DNA of 63,995 nt, filler included, from Fonticula-like sp. SCN 57-25 (GCA_001724245.1; 6 parts of 6 records of this genome joined end to end with filler, not necessarily neighbours in it), one strand, 5' to 3'; positions 12,126-23,245 are shown, numbered from the whole stretch's first letter. Notes: generated by a model from the sequence alone, not told the origin. Program-made: numbers and translations.

Positions 12126-13562
12126 TTAATAGCGGAGGGCGAGGTTGACAGCCTCGAGGGCGTCAATACGTCCATAGCCGTAGAAGTAGTTGGGGTACAC
12201 CTCATAGCCGACACCGTCGCAGGCCGAGACGACACCATCGGGCTTGCCGAGGGTCTGGACGGCCGAGCGGGTGAGGATCGAGTAGATATCGTCATACTCG
12301 AGCGAGGGGTTGGCCGAGAGGAGGAGACCGACGAGGCCAGACACGTGGGGGGCGGCCATCGAGGTGCCCGAGAGCGAGGCGTAGGCGGTGTCCGAGGTGT
12401 AGTACGACGAGCGGACGGCCGAGCCGGGGGCGGAGATGTCGGGCTTCTGGTCGGGGAAGTTGGCGCTGCCAACACCCGGGCCGCGGGACGAGAACGACGA
12501 GAGGGTCTCAGCGCTGGTGGTGGAGCCGACGCCAATGACGATGCCGAGGTCACCAGGGGAGTTGGCGGTGGCGCACGACGAGCCCGAGTTACCCTGCGAG
12601 AAGACGGGGATCGAGCCGGCATCGCGCCAGGCCTCAATGTAGGTCAGGTAGGTGGTCGAGCCGCGGCCTCCTCCCCACGAGTTGGAGACGACATCAGCGC
12701 CGAGGGTGCAGTTGACATCCGAGCCATCCTGGCGGGTGGGGCAGAGGACGTACTCAGCCGACTCCATGAGGTGAGCGTTCGAGCACGACGACGAGGCGCA
12801 GCCCTTGGCGGCGATCCACTTGGAGCCGTGGGCAACTCCGATACCGGTGGACTCGGAGCCGATGATGGTGCCCATGGTGTGGGTGCCGTGGCCGTTGTTG
12901 TCGAAGGGGGCGTTCTGGGGGACGGTCTGGGGGTCCAGCCAGTTGTAGTCGTGGTCGTAGGTGCCGTCCTCGAGGAGACCGCGGTACGAGTCAGCGACGG
13001 CCTCGTGGGTGTAGCGGACACCAGTGTCAATGTTGGAGAGGGTGATGCCCTCGCCGGTGGTGATCTCCCAGGCAGCCGGGGCGTTGATGATCTCAATGCC
13101 CCACTCGAGCATGTTGCGGCCGACGCGGGTCGACTCCTCCTCAACCTCGTGAACCATAGGCTCGTTGATGCGGGCAACAATCTTGTCGGCGGCCTCAAGG
13201 CGGAGGACGCTGCGCTGGGTGCGGAAGGTGTGGATAAGGGCGGGGGTGGCGTTCTTGACAAGGATGGCGTTGTTGATCCAGAAGGCCTTGACCTCGAAGC
13301 CGGCGCTCTTGGCGAGCTTGAGGAGGGGAGCCTGGAAGGGGGCAGCGTGCTTGGCGCGAGCCTCGTGCACAGCGACACGGCGCTCAGCGCGGGTCATGCC
13401 CTGGTGGATGTTCTCGGTGGGGCGGGCAAACTCGGGAAGGTACACAATGACGTTGATGGAGGCGTCCTTCTCGAGGGCAGCCTTGATCTCGCGGTCCACA
13501 GGCGCGAGGGCAGCCGCAGCCGCCACAAGGGCGGCCAGCAGCAGCACGGTCGAAGTCTTCAT
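12126..13562 (-). CDS. Secreted subtilisin-like serine protease (S8, bacillopeptidase F-like) with signal peptide and propeptide
   Basis: Signal MKTSTVLLLAALVAAAAA; catalytic triad NIDTG / NGHGTHTMGT / SGTSMAAPHV; WIAAKGC, SNSWG, YPNYFYGYGRID; intronless. Confidence 0.93.
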   Translation of the reverse strand: MKTSTVLLLAALVAAAAALAPVDREIKAALEKDASINVIVYLPEFARPTENIHQGMTRAERRVAVHEARAKHAAPFQAPLLKLAKSAGFEVKAFWINNAILVKNATPALIHTFRTQRSVLRLEAADKIVARINEPMVHEVEEESTRVGRNMLEWGIEIINAPAAWEITTGEGITLSNIDTGVRYTHEAVADSYRGLLEDGTYDHDYNWLDPQTVPQNAPFDNNGHGTHTMGTIIGSESTGIGVAHGSKWIAAKGCASSSCSNAHLMESAEYVLCPTRQDGSDVNCTLGADVVSNSWGGGRGSTTYLTYIEAWRDAGSIPVFSQGNSGSSCATANSPGDLGIVIGVGSTTSAETLSSFSSRGPGVGSANFPDQKPDISAPGSAVRSSYYTSDTAYASLSGTSMAAPHVSGLVGLLLSANPSLEYDDIYSILTRSAVQTLGKPDGVVSACDGVGYEVYPNYFYGYGRIDALEAVNLALRY

Positions 13563-13718
13563 CCTGCGGGGTAGGAGGAAAAAAACAAACGCTGAAAAAG
13601 TCAGCCCCGCGGAGTGGCGCTTTTATACTTTTTCCGTGAGACGCTTTTTCTCCGAATTCGGTAACTTTCAGATAGCTTTGTGGGGCGGAACCGCAGTTTT
13701 CGTCTCAACGAAAGAAGT

Positions 13719-13765
13719 TCATCCGCCAATCACCTCTATGGGAGAAAGTCATCCGCCAATCACCT
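13719..13765 (+). promoter_or_regulatory. Duplicated CCAAT-box element in the divergent subtilase/factor B promoter
   Basis: TCATCCGCCAATCACCT occurs at 13719-13735 and 13749-13765 (30-bp period). Confidence 0.55.
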
Positions 13766-13887
13766 TTCGCGGGGTAGAACAGGAAAGTTGCTCACCGTCG
13801 GCCGCTGATAAACAGTGCCGTAGTGATGACGTAATCACTTTACCTCATTCTGAGCATTTTTGACGACAGGTTGCCCTGCACGCCATC

Positions 13888-14466
13888 ATGATGATGTCCG
13901 TGGGAACCGCACGGTTAGCGCGCGGGTTTTCCGTGGGGCGCGCCGCCGCGGCAAAGGGCGGGACAGTGTACAAATGGATAGACAACCTGTTTAATGGGAT
14001 TGACCGGTCGCGCGTCAAGCAGCTGGGGGCGGACCGGGTGGCGGCCGAGTTTGTCCTGCGCATGGACGGCAAGCTGCGGATTGGCGGGAAGGAGGAGTGG
14101 ATCCGCTTGGAGAGCGAGCTGCCGGAAAAGGGGAAGGTCAAGGTGGAGGAGATTGACTTGAGTAGCACGGCGCTCAGCGACGCCGGAATGCAGCACTTCA
14201 ACGAGCTCGAGCACTTGAAGAGCGTGTCGGTTGCTGACTGCGGCGACGTCGACGATGAGGCCATCAACTTTTTCCTCCCGCTGCCTCTCGAAAAGATCAA
14301 CGTGAGCGGCTGCAACTTTACGTCGCACAAGCTCAAGGAACTTGGCACCATCGGCACGCTGCAGCACGTCACCATGAAGCGGATGCCGCTGCTCGAAGGT
14401 CGCGATATTGCTGACATTGAAAAGGCGCTCAAAGATCGGCTCGGAAATGTCACCGTGGACGCCTAA
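13888..14466 (+). CDS. ATP5S: Mitochondrial ATP synthase coupling factor B / subunit s homologue (LRR protein)
   Basis: Arg-rich presequence, then WIDNLFNGIDRSRVKQLGADRVAAEFVLR, matching recalled mammalian WLNAVFNKVDYDRIRDVGPDRAASEWLLR; LRR-like C-terminal half of similar length. Confidence 0.85.
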   Translation: MMMSVGTARLARGFSVGRAAAAKGGTVYKWIDNLFNGIDRSRVKQLGADRVAAEFVLRMDGKLRIGGKEEWIRLESELPEKGKVKVEEIDLSSTALSDAGMQHFNELEHLKSVSVADCGDVDDEAINFFLPLPLEKINVSGCNFTSHKLKELGTIGTLQHVTMKRMPLLEGRDIADIEKALKDRLGNVTVDA

Positions 14467-14551
14467 TTTTCGTCATTTCTGCCATGTTTATATCGGCAAT
14501 AGAAAATGTTATTGTAATATAATGAAAACAACGGTAAATAGAATGCATTTC

Positions 14552-16334
14552 TCAGCTTGCAGCGACCGCCACCGGCTCCTTTTCCGCGGTAGCCTCCGTC
14601 GGCTCCGCCTCGCCAGCGTCCATGTCGACGTCATCGCCCGCCGGCTCCTTGTCGGCCTCGACCTTGATCGGCGGCGTATCAATCGGGCTCGGCGCGGCGC
14701 GCGGCTCGTCCACGACTATTGACGGGAGCTTGTGCGCGCTCGCCTTTGTCTTTGCAATGTTGTCCATCACCGTGCGGCTACCGGGTGCATTAGTGTGGCA
14801 CACCACTTTTTGGTTTTAGCGAGGCGTACCAGCATATGCTGAGGTAGGACCGCGTGTTGCAATCGTCCTGCAAGACGGGGTGGACGGGGAGCGCAAAGTG
14901 CGGCCCGTAGTACTCAAAGTAGTCGTGGTACGGGATGGCGGTCGGCAGCGTGACGCCGAGCAGCTGCGCGGTCGCGACGGTCCATAGCCGCGCGGCGTTG
15001 GCCGAGGATGACATGCCGCCGCCCAGCAGCAGCATCGGCACCTTGGTGCTCTGCAGCGTCCGCAGGCACGCCATGTAGCCGTCCAGCGTCAGATTAAAGC
15101 TGCCAAAGCGGTCGCCGGCAAGGGCGCCGGACGCCATGCGGAACACAATCGCCGTCGGCTTAAAGTGTGACATCACTTCCTCCATAATCTGAAAAAATAA
15201 GCCGAAAAAGGTCAGAAAAGACGTCAAAAAGGCGTATAAAAGATATCAAAAAGCGCACCGGCTCAAAGACGGCCACCAAGGCGTCGTCCGAGAGGCCCGT
15301 GAGGAGCGGGCAATTTACCGCGTAATTCTGGCCCTTGCCGTATCCAATATCCTGCGCAGGGCGTTAAACACAATGAACCACGTGGGCGTGACGTACGCGA
15401 ATGTCGCCGGTGCCGGGAAAGTGGTCTGTGAATTGCTGGTGGAACGAGAGCGTCATGACGCGGTCGGTGGTATAAAAGGCCTCCTCGACGGCATCGCAGT
15501 GCAGCGAGTCGAGGTTGACGTAAAGAACGCGCTCAAAATATCTGCCAATCAAGTTAGAACAAAAAGCAAATAAAGGCCGAAAGTGCGCACTTTAGGAGCT
15601 CCAGGATGCCCAATACGACATCGTTGATGTAGCCGGTTCCTGATGCGGAGCTCTTCATCGCATGCTGGAAGCCGCCGAGCCAGTTGATGGCGACATCTGC
15701 TTCGCCCTTGCCGAGACGAGCAGCGCCCGCTACGAGGAACCGTAAGCAATGGAAAGGGATCGTGAGGGCGGGGCTTACCGAGCGTGCCTCCGGTGTACAT
15801 CTGGCTAAACTCGTAGACGCCATCGAAAGGCGGGTTGTCGCCATCCTCCTCCACATTGACTATTCCAAAAGCGTTAGAACTCATACTACCGCCACGCGGT
15901 GCAGAGGCGCACAGTAGCGGGAAAGAAGGCCGTTGTCGGCGGGCGGCGTTGGCGACAGCGATGCGAGGTAGCGCACGTAGTCGTCCGTGTGAAACTTTGT
16001 GAGATCCATAAAGCCAGGCCTCACATAGTCCTTCTGCAAGGGCACAGCGGCGGGTCAGCCATGCTGCACGGAAAGAAGCGAGTCTGGCGTACGCAAACTG
16101 AAAGCCGCGAGAGCATCTCGTACTGCGTGAGGAGCGAGTGCGTGAGCATGGCGCGGTGTGCCTGCGAGGGATGGCCGCGGCCCATCGAGTACGCGCTCGC
16201 ATCCGCTATTCGCCATCAGTTAGACAAGCAAATTTAACACCCTGCGGTCAGCGCGCACCATCGTAAAAGTACCACGTGCGCGGCGTCGGCTGTCCCACCA
16301 CCTTGCCTGCATCGCCGTTCGCCATCGTTCCCAT
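14552..16334 (-). CDS. Class I (Rpd3/HDAC1-like) histone deacetylase homologue, predicted catalytically inactive
   Basis: Spliced exons give [92 protein letters not shown]; about 8 GT-AG introns. Confidence 0.9.
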
Positions 16335-16480
16335 GACAGGCGGGCGGGCAATCAGGCAGCAATCAGGAAACCGAGGGGATCTACCCCAATTCCCCTCCAG
16401 GTAGCTACGAATAGCACACCCCGGCCGGGCCTTGTGAAAGCTGCGTCATCACAACCCGAGGGCGGGCTTGACCGGGAACC

Positions 16481-17123
16481 ATGGACGTGATCAACAAGAT
16501 TACCGAGTCGGCGAGCGACTGCACGAGCACTGTGCTCTCGTGGTTTGACGAGGAGACCGTGGGCCGCGAGGTCGCCGCTCGCAACAAGTGGGTGGCGATC
16601 GCCGCCGGTGTTGGCGCCGCCTACATTGCACTTCGCTTGGCGGCCAGCTCCCAGCGCGTGCGTCATATGGGTTGCAAAGGGGATCTTTCTTATGTTTCTT
16701 TTATATTTTTAGAGCCGCTTCCAGGGCCGCCGCGCCGCCGAGCACGTTGAAAAGGTCAAGATCCAGATCTCGCCCGAGAACCTCGCGTATCTTAAAAAGT
16801 ATGCTGCCGTCTACCAGCGCGATGTTTCCTCTACGCTCCAGTTTGCGTTGGACTATGTGATCATCGAGCTCAAGCTCACCGCCGAGCAGGCCAAGGCTGC
16901 TTCGAGCACCGTCGGCGAGGCGCAGGTCGTCGCGACGGAGACGAGCATTGTCCTTTCGCAGCTGCGCTGGCTGACGCGCCTCTTTGACTCTGACGATGTC
17001 AGCGCCGCCGTCAACAAGGCCCTCATCGTGGCGCAGCGCGGCGACGCCTCGCAGGTCTTTGGCATCGACCGCACGCCCTACCGCGAGCAGGAGGACCACA
17101 CCCGCTTCCACCTCAAGTCGTAA
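16481..17123 (+). CDS. Hypothetical protein with one hydrophobic segment and two ribbon-helix-helix-like motifs
   Basis: Two exons joined by a GTGCGT..TAG intron (about 16658-16712); strong GC3 codon bias; hydrophobic WVAIAAGVGAAYIAL. Confidence 0.7.
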
Positions 17124-17274
17124 GAACCGACGCTGGCGGCTCGCCTTTCCAGCCCGTCAATGTATATGATGATGCGCGCTTTCGCCACCAGAGGCAAAGC
17201 AAATTATGTAATGAAAATACGAATAGACATGAATATTCTTTACAAATGCGGCCTTTTTCGGCGTCCAGCGACGC

Positions 17275-19908
17275 TCACTTGATCTCAATATTGAGAATTT
17301 TGATATCATCATACGGCTTGTCGTTCTTGTCCACGCGCGCGCGGCCAATAGAGTCGACCACGTCCATGCCGCTCGAGCAGCGCCCGAAAATCGTGTGCTT
17401 GTTGTCCAGCCACGGCTACAGAAACGGCCACGTGAGCAATATAAGTCAAATGGCGGGAAAAGAAGCGCACAGTGGGAACAAGCGTGACAAAGAATTGCGA
17501 CCCGTTCGTGTTTGGCCCGGCATTGGCCATCGATACCGTGTACGGGCGGTCGTGCCTGAACAATATGTAAGCAACATATTGTAGGAAATTAATAAAAAAG
17601 AGGCGCCAAAAGAAGGCAAAAAGTATCAAAAAGAGCCGCTGCGCACCTCAGATTGCGATGAAACTCGTCAGCAAACTCCTTGTTCCAGATGGACGTCCCG
17701 CCCGTGCCATCGCCTAATCCAAGTTAGTCCCAACAAAAGTCACGTGCCAATACGCACCGAAAGGGTCGCCCGTCTGGATCATAAACCCACGAATAACCCG
17801 ATGGAAAATATGGTTATTATAATACCCATTCCTCGCGTGCGTAATAAAGTTCTCCACCGCGAGCGGCGCCGACTCTGGAAACAACTTTACCGTAATATCG
17901 CCCGCCGTCGTATAAATCACCGCCGTCGTCATCACCTCCTTCTTGACCGTCTCGGTCACGAGCGTCTGCTCCTCGCGCGTCGGCTTTTCGTTAAACACGT
18001 CGCGGTTGCCGCCGGCGCCTTCCTCTTCGGCGTCGCCGGGGTCGCGCCGCGTGATCATGAAGAAGCGGTTGCGCTTGAAGGAGGAGCAGAAGAGAGTGGG
18101 GTCGGCTTCTTCGGCATTGCGCAGGTTCGGGTTGTCGCTCGCAGCCATTTCCTGGAGGAAATTGTTACTAAAAAAGGAAGGCAAAAAGACGGCAAAAAAG
18201 AGGCAAAATGGCGCACGAGGGTCTGGGCGGTCTTGGAGCGGAGGACGCCTTGGTAGAGGGCGACGTTGAGGAAGCGCTGAGAGGATTCGAGGGAGCCGAG
18301 TATTGACACGACCTTGTTCGTGCGAATATTCACAACTGGATAATGTGTTAGAAAGTGCAAATTGGTGGTAAAGAGTGGCAAAATTGTGGCAAAAATGGCA
18401 TTTTTGTGACATTTTGGCACTTTTCATGTCATTTTTGGCACTTTTTCCTTCTTTTCCCCAACTTTTCCCGCTCTTTTCCCTTCCCTTTTTCGTACCTTTG
18501 ATGCCAAGAAGTGTCGCGTAGAGAATAAAATTCCCCGAATCATCAAACACGGCGTTCGCCGCCTCCTTATAGTCCGACTTGTCAAGCTCGCGCTCGACCG
18601 CCAGCCTGCGCCCAAAGTCCATTGACTCGAGCTTGACAAACGCCGTGCCCGCCTGCTGCATTTCAGACTGCACTGCGAGCGTCTCGTCGTACACGCGGTA
18701 CAGCTTGCCGGTGGCAAAGGTGAAGACGCGCACCTTGCGGTCAGAGGACATGGTCACAAAGAGGTCGCCTTTTTTGTTGAACGACATCGAGAAAACATAC
18801 GTCTTGTTCTGTGAAAAAGTGTAAGGAAAATGAATAGGCAGAGATGAAAAGAAATGAAGAGGAAAAGAAAAGAAAACGAGCGAAAAACATATCGAGGGAG
18901 TCAAAAAATATTAAAAACGTATCAGAAAACACAACATACCATAATATCTGAAACATTAAAATGCACTAAAATACACTGAAATGCATTAAAATACACCAAA
19001 ATGCACAATAATGCACCATTATACACCATAACACATCACTCCTCCCTCCATATTACACCCTTCATACCTTGCCAAACTCGTAGAGGTCCGTATCGAGCTT
19101 TGACTCGAATGCAACGCTCGTCGGCAGCTCCAGCGTGAGCGGGTCCCAGTACTCGACCATACCGCGCGCGTCTGCGCTGACGACCGTGCCGTACACCTCG
19201 TTGAACTTTATGGCGGTGACGGGCGCCGGGTGACCCGAAAAGGTGCGCAGCGGCGTCGGCTGCGCATCGCGCGCGTCGTAAATGTGAATGTCGGGCGTCT
19301 CCTGCGACGAGATGGCGAGGAGCGCCTGGGCGTCGCCGCGCGAGAGCACCCACGCGCACGCGCGCGGCACGTAGTCGAGCTTGAGCATGTTGATGGCGTC
19401 AAAGTTGACCACGTCAAACACCTTGATGTACTTGTCCGAGCTCACGGTGACAAAGAGCTGCCCGTCGGCGCTCGCGTCGGCGCACGAAATGGCCTCGAGG
19501 TGCGCGCGGTACGTCTTGACAAATTCGATGCCCGTCTTGCCTTTCTTCCAAAACTTGACAAAGCCATCCGCGCTGCAGGTGATCACAAAGTCGGTCGATG
19601 TCACAACGACATGCGTGACAACATCGCGGTGCATGTAGCTTTTCTCGTACATGCCGGCCGACGGCAGCGCCGCGACAAACAGCCTCTCGTGCTCGAGCAC
19701 TACAATACCGGAAAATCCCTGGTTAGCGCGTCCGCCGAGCCATGGCGCGCATCGTACCTCGACGCTTCTTTGGCGCCTCGCTCGGCGCCTCTGGCATCGG
19801 CCCGACATCGTCGTCGTCGCTTTCCTCCTCCACGTGCGCCGTGCGCTTCTCCTCTACCTTCTCACCGCCGCCGATCTCCTCCAGCTCGTCGTGGCCGCGC
19901 TTTGACAT
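17275..19908 (-). CDS. PPWD1: WD40 + cyclophilin spliceosomal protein (PPWD1/Cyp15)
   Basis: [28 protein letters not shown]-like [55 protein letters not shown]; multi-exon. Confidence 0.96.
18958..19038. repeat. Degenerate ~10-bp tandem repeat (AAAATRCACY-like) inside a long PPWD1 intron
   Basis: aaaatgcact aaaatacact gaaatgcatt aaaatacacc aaaatgcaca ataatgcacc attatacacc. Confidence 0.7.
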
Positions 19909-20423
19909 TTTCCTCGATCGGGCCTGCCGGTCGAGCGGTTGTATAGTCAGACCGCGTCCCACAAGCAGAGGCGCGCGCAATCAGGGTGACTTTCCCGATT
20001 TGCAAACCGACAAACCATATTGCACATGTATACTGCACTTGCGCGGGGCTGCAACCGCGCTTGGGCCATTCGAGTGTGCCAGAACTGACGCTGCTCCTTA
20101 TTTCGAGTCAAATAATTCGAGCGCCCGGCTGATCGCCCGGGAGTTCGGCCGCAGGACAGCTAAATTTCTATACACTCAAAGAAAGAAAAAGACAAAGGAA
20201 AGAAAGGTCAAACATGGACAAAAGCAATGTTCTGAAACATACTCGGAGGAGCAAGTGGCCGAGGCACACTCCTGAAACAGGGAAAGAGGGCAAAGTTGTG
20301 GCCAATTCTCTAGTGAGTTGTGCGACAAAGAAAAGTTGAAAAGTACACCTCCTGCTCGGTCAAAGTTGCTTGGAAGCCTATTTAGTTTGTTGTTTTGTGG
20401 GTAATTTCCCGCGCAAATCAAGG

Positions 20424-21475
20424 ATGGCAGACACTGATGACGGCGGCGGCGACGTGCATTACAAGCGGTTCTTGTCGAATGATGTGTTAAAGCTGGGAAT
20501 TATTCGCCCTCTCGGCAGTGGCGCGTATGGCGTAGTGCACGAGGTGCGGCTTTTAGAGTCGGCCCTCGAGCATCTGCCGCCCGGCACCTACGCGCTCAAG
20601 GAGGTAAACTTTGACAAGGTGAGCGACCGAGAGAAGCGCGTCCTCGAGCGCGAGCTGGAGCTGCCGCTGAAAATACGCCACCGGCTCTTTTGTCAGTGTT
20701 TCTATTCATGGGTATGCGCGCGCCGCTCTCTTACCTTTGCTGCTGCTCACGCCCCGATAGCGAGACGGATCCGAAGGGTACCTCTTGATGGAGTTTGTGC
20801 AAGGATGCACGCTCGATGAGGTTCTGAAGCGCGGGCCAATGTCGGAAGAACGCGTTCGCTGGATTGCCAAGCAGCTGCGTACGCATACAGAATTGCGCTC
20901 GCGCAAGTTTTGCTAATCCCGCATCAGTTGTCGCCATCGATGTCCTCTATCTCGAGTACCAGATTCTGCACCGCGACATCAAGCCCAAGAACGTCATGAT
21001 TGTGGACGACGACGACAACCTCAAGCTGGTCGACTTTGGCTTTGCCATTGTGGAGGACGTTGCACAGACAGTGCTGGGAAGCGCGGGCTACCGCGCCCCC
21101 GAGCTCGTGCCCGGGCACAAGTACGGCTTCAAGGTGGACATTTACTCTGTCGGGATGACGCTTTTGAGCGCTCTGACGCAGACCCGCCCGCCACCCATTA
21201 ACCCGTCTCTGCACCCAGACTCGTTCCTGGACATGGTCGCCAACCTGCTGCGCAAGAAAGGGGCGTCCGAAGAGTGCGCCGGCTTCATCTGCGAGCTCGT
21301 CCACCCCGATGAGTCGCTGCGCAAGCTGGTCACGACGGCCCTTTCGCACAGTTTCATCAGGGCAGAGAAGCGCGCCGTTCCGTGGCTCGACGGCCAAGTG
21401 GACGTCGCGACGACCGACCGCGTGCTCAGCGAGGACGGGTGGGACTGCGTCTCCGACAGCGACATTCCCTTGTGA
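20424..21475 (+). CDS. Small Ser/Thr protein kinase (loosely Atg1/ULK- or CAMK-like)
   Basis: LGSGAYGVV, YALKEV, HRDIKPKN, DFG, GSAGYRAPE, DIYSVG; two short introns. Confidence 0.88.
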
Positions 21476-21783
21476 GCCATTGTGAGCCGATGCTGCCATC
21501 GCCTCTTGCGTGAATCTGATCTATTGCGTGTACATTTTCTGCATTCCGTATATTTTCCGCTCTTCGTGTATCAATAGTATGCTGTTTTATCCCTTGAAAC
21601 GCGCGAATGGACCGCCAAAAGGGCCCCTCTCTCCTGGCCGGCGGCATGACGTATAAAGTTTGCAGTTTGCAGAGGCAATCGTCGACACCTAATCACTGCA
21701 ATCACCACCGACAGGCATCGCTGCAAAGACCCGCCGCGCCCCTCTGCGCACGTCAAGGTTTACAGCAGGAGCGGGCAGCCGCC

Positions 21784-23145
21784 ATGTGGGACTTTGCCCA
21801 AACGCTGCCAAAGCGGTTATTGTTATTTTTGTTGAAGCGTACGATAGGACCGTTCCTGGTGAACGAGCTCGATGTCGACAATCTCGATCTCGACTTTAGC
21901 CTTGGCACAAGCCAGGTACGCCGCGCGATCCCCTCTTTCGGCTCTCCGCCAAAGCAAGTGAGCTAAACAGGGTCAATTGTTTTGTAGGGTCGGTTCCAGC
22001 TGCGGGACCTGGAGCTGGCGCCAGCCATGCTAAACGGACTCTGGACCGAGTCCCCCCTGAAGGTCGTCGGCTGCCGGGTCAGCGAGCTGACTGGCACAGT
22101 CGTGCTGAGCAGCAATGGTGCGCCTCTATTGTTTCAGTAAAGTCGCTTACGTGTGCCACAGCGGACTCTTCGTTGGAGATCAGCGGTCTCGAGATCTGCC
22201 TGAGGCCAAAGTTGGAGGAGGATGTCGTCGACCGCGATCCTTCGGTCCACCTTGGCACATCGCAGATCTTGGCGCAGGACTTTCAAGCTGAAGGATACAT
22301 GCAGGTTCGTCTCTTTGGTTACATTCTGTAATTGTACTTACCCGGTGTTTGCAAGGATGTTTATGGATCATCTGCATCGGCATCATCGACGAAAGGCGAA
22401 GGCGAAGGCGTACAGGTCATTGCCCAGTTCATTGACGGCGCAATGAACCGCTCGCAGGTACTTCTCCGCAACACCATTGTATACATTATGAACTCGTCCG
22501 ACATTACCAAGCGCGACGTTTGCTTTGAGCTTAAAATCGAAGAGATTTCCTTCCGCGATGACACGCCCGGCCTCACCGCCGCGCTCGCCAGCGGCACCAA
22601 AATCCCCGCCGTCCTCTCCAAGCTGCTCTCCATTTCCGGCGTCACCGCCAAGCTACGCCAGCAAGGTACGCCCACTTTGCGCCACTTTCCAGTTTGATAT
22701 TAATTGATTTGTACTAGCTGCGGGCGCCAACTGGTACGACCGCCCCGCGCCGTCCCCCCAGCACATGCCGGACCTTGTGCTGTTCACCGGCCCGAGCCTG
22801 AGCGTCCCCACCAAGGACCACGTCACCGTCCGCCTCCGCCAGCCGCACTGCACGCACCCGCTGACGCCCGCCGTCGATGTCGACGTCGGCATCAAGGGCA
22901 TCAATGTCATCCTCGACCCGCTGCAGCTGCACTTGCTCGCCGAGCTCGTCGACGGAATCAGTGAGGCGTCGGCGCTCGCGCAGGCACAGAGTGCGGCAGA
23001 GAATGAGGATTATGGAATGGGGACAGCGCAGCCGCTGGGAAGCGTGTACACGTCGGGGATGCACGCTGACGACGACGGCGAGATGCCAGTGGCACGCGCG
23101 ATTGACTCGGCGTCGCTAACGTCAAGCATCCTCATGGCAATGCAG
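21784..23145 (+). CDS. ATG2: Autophagy-related protein 2, 5' portion (truncated by contig end)
   Basis: MWDFAQTLPKRLLLFLLKRTIGPFL..LDVDNLDL..GRFQLRDLEL and GEGVQVIAQFID are typical of the ATG2 chorein N-terminus. Confidence 0.82.
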
Positions 23146-23245
23146 NNNNNNNNNNNNNNNNNNNNNNNNNNNNNNNNNNNNNNNNNNNNTTAATTAATTA
23201 ANNNNNNNNNNNNNNNNNNNNNNNNNNNNNNNNNNNNNNNNNNNN
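23146..23245. other. Artificial contig-joining spacer
   Basis: N run with TTAATTAATTAA. Confidence 0.99.

Noticed and set aside
12345-13574. Long antisense ORFs (409 aa here; also 38858-40420, 30048-31019, 61485-62600)
   Set aside because: Shadow ORFs produced by high GC3 codon bias of the real genes on the opposite strand; no recognisable motifs.
1190-23145. VPS13 and ATG2, both chorein-domain lipid bridges, as a gene cluster
   Set aside because: They are on different contigs separated by an artificial spacer.
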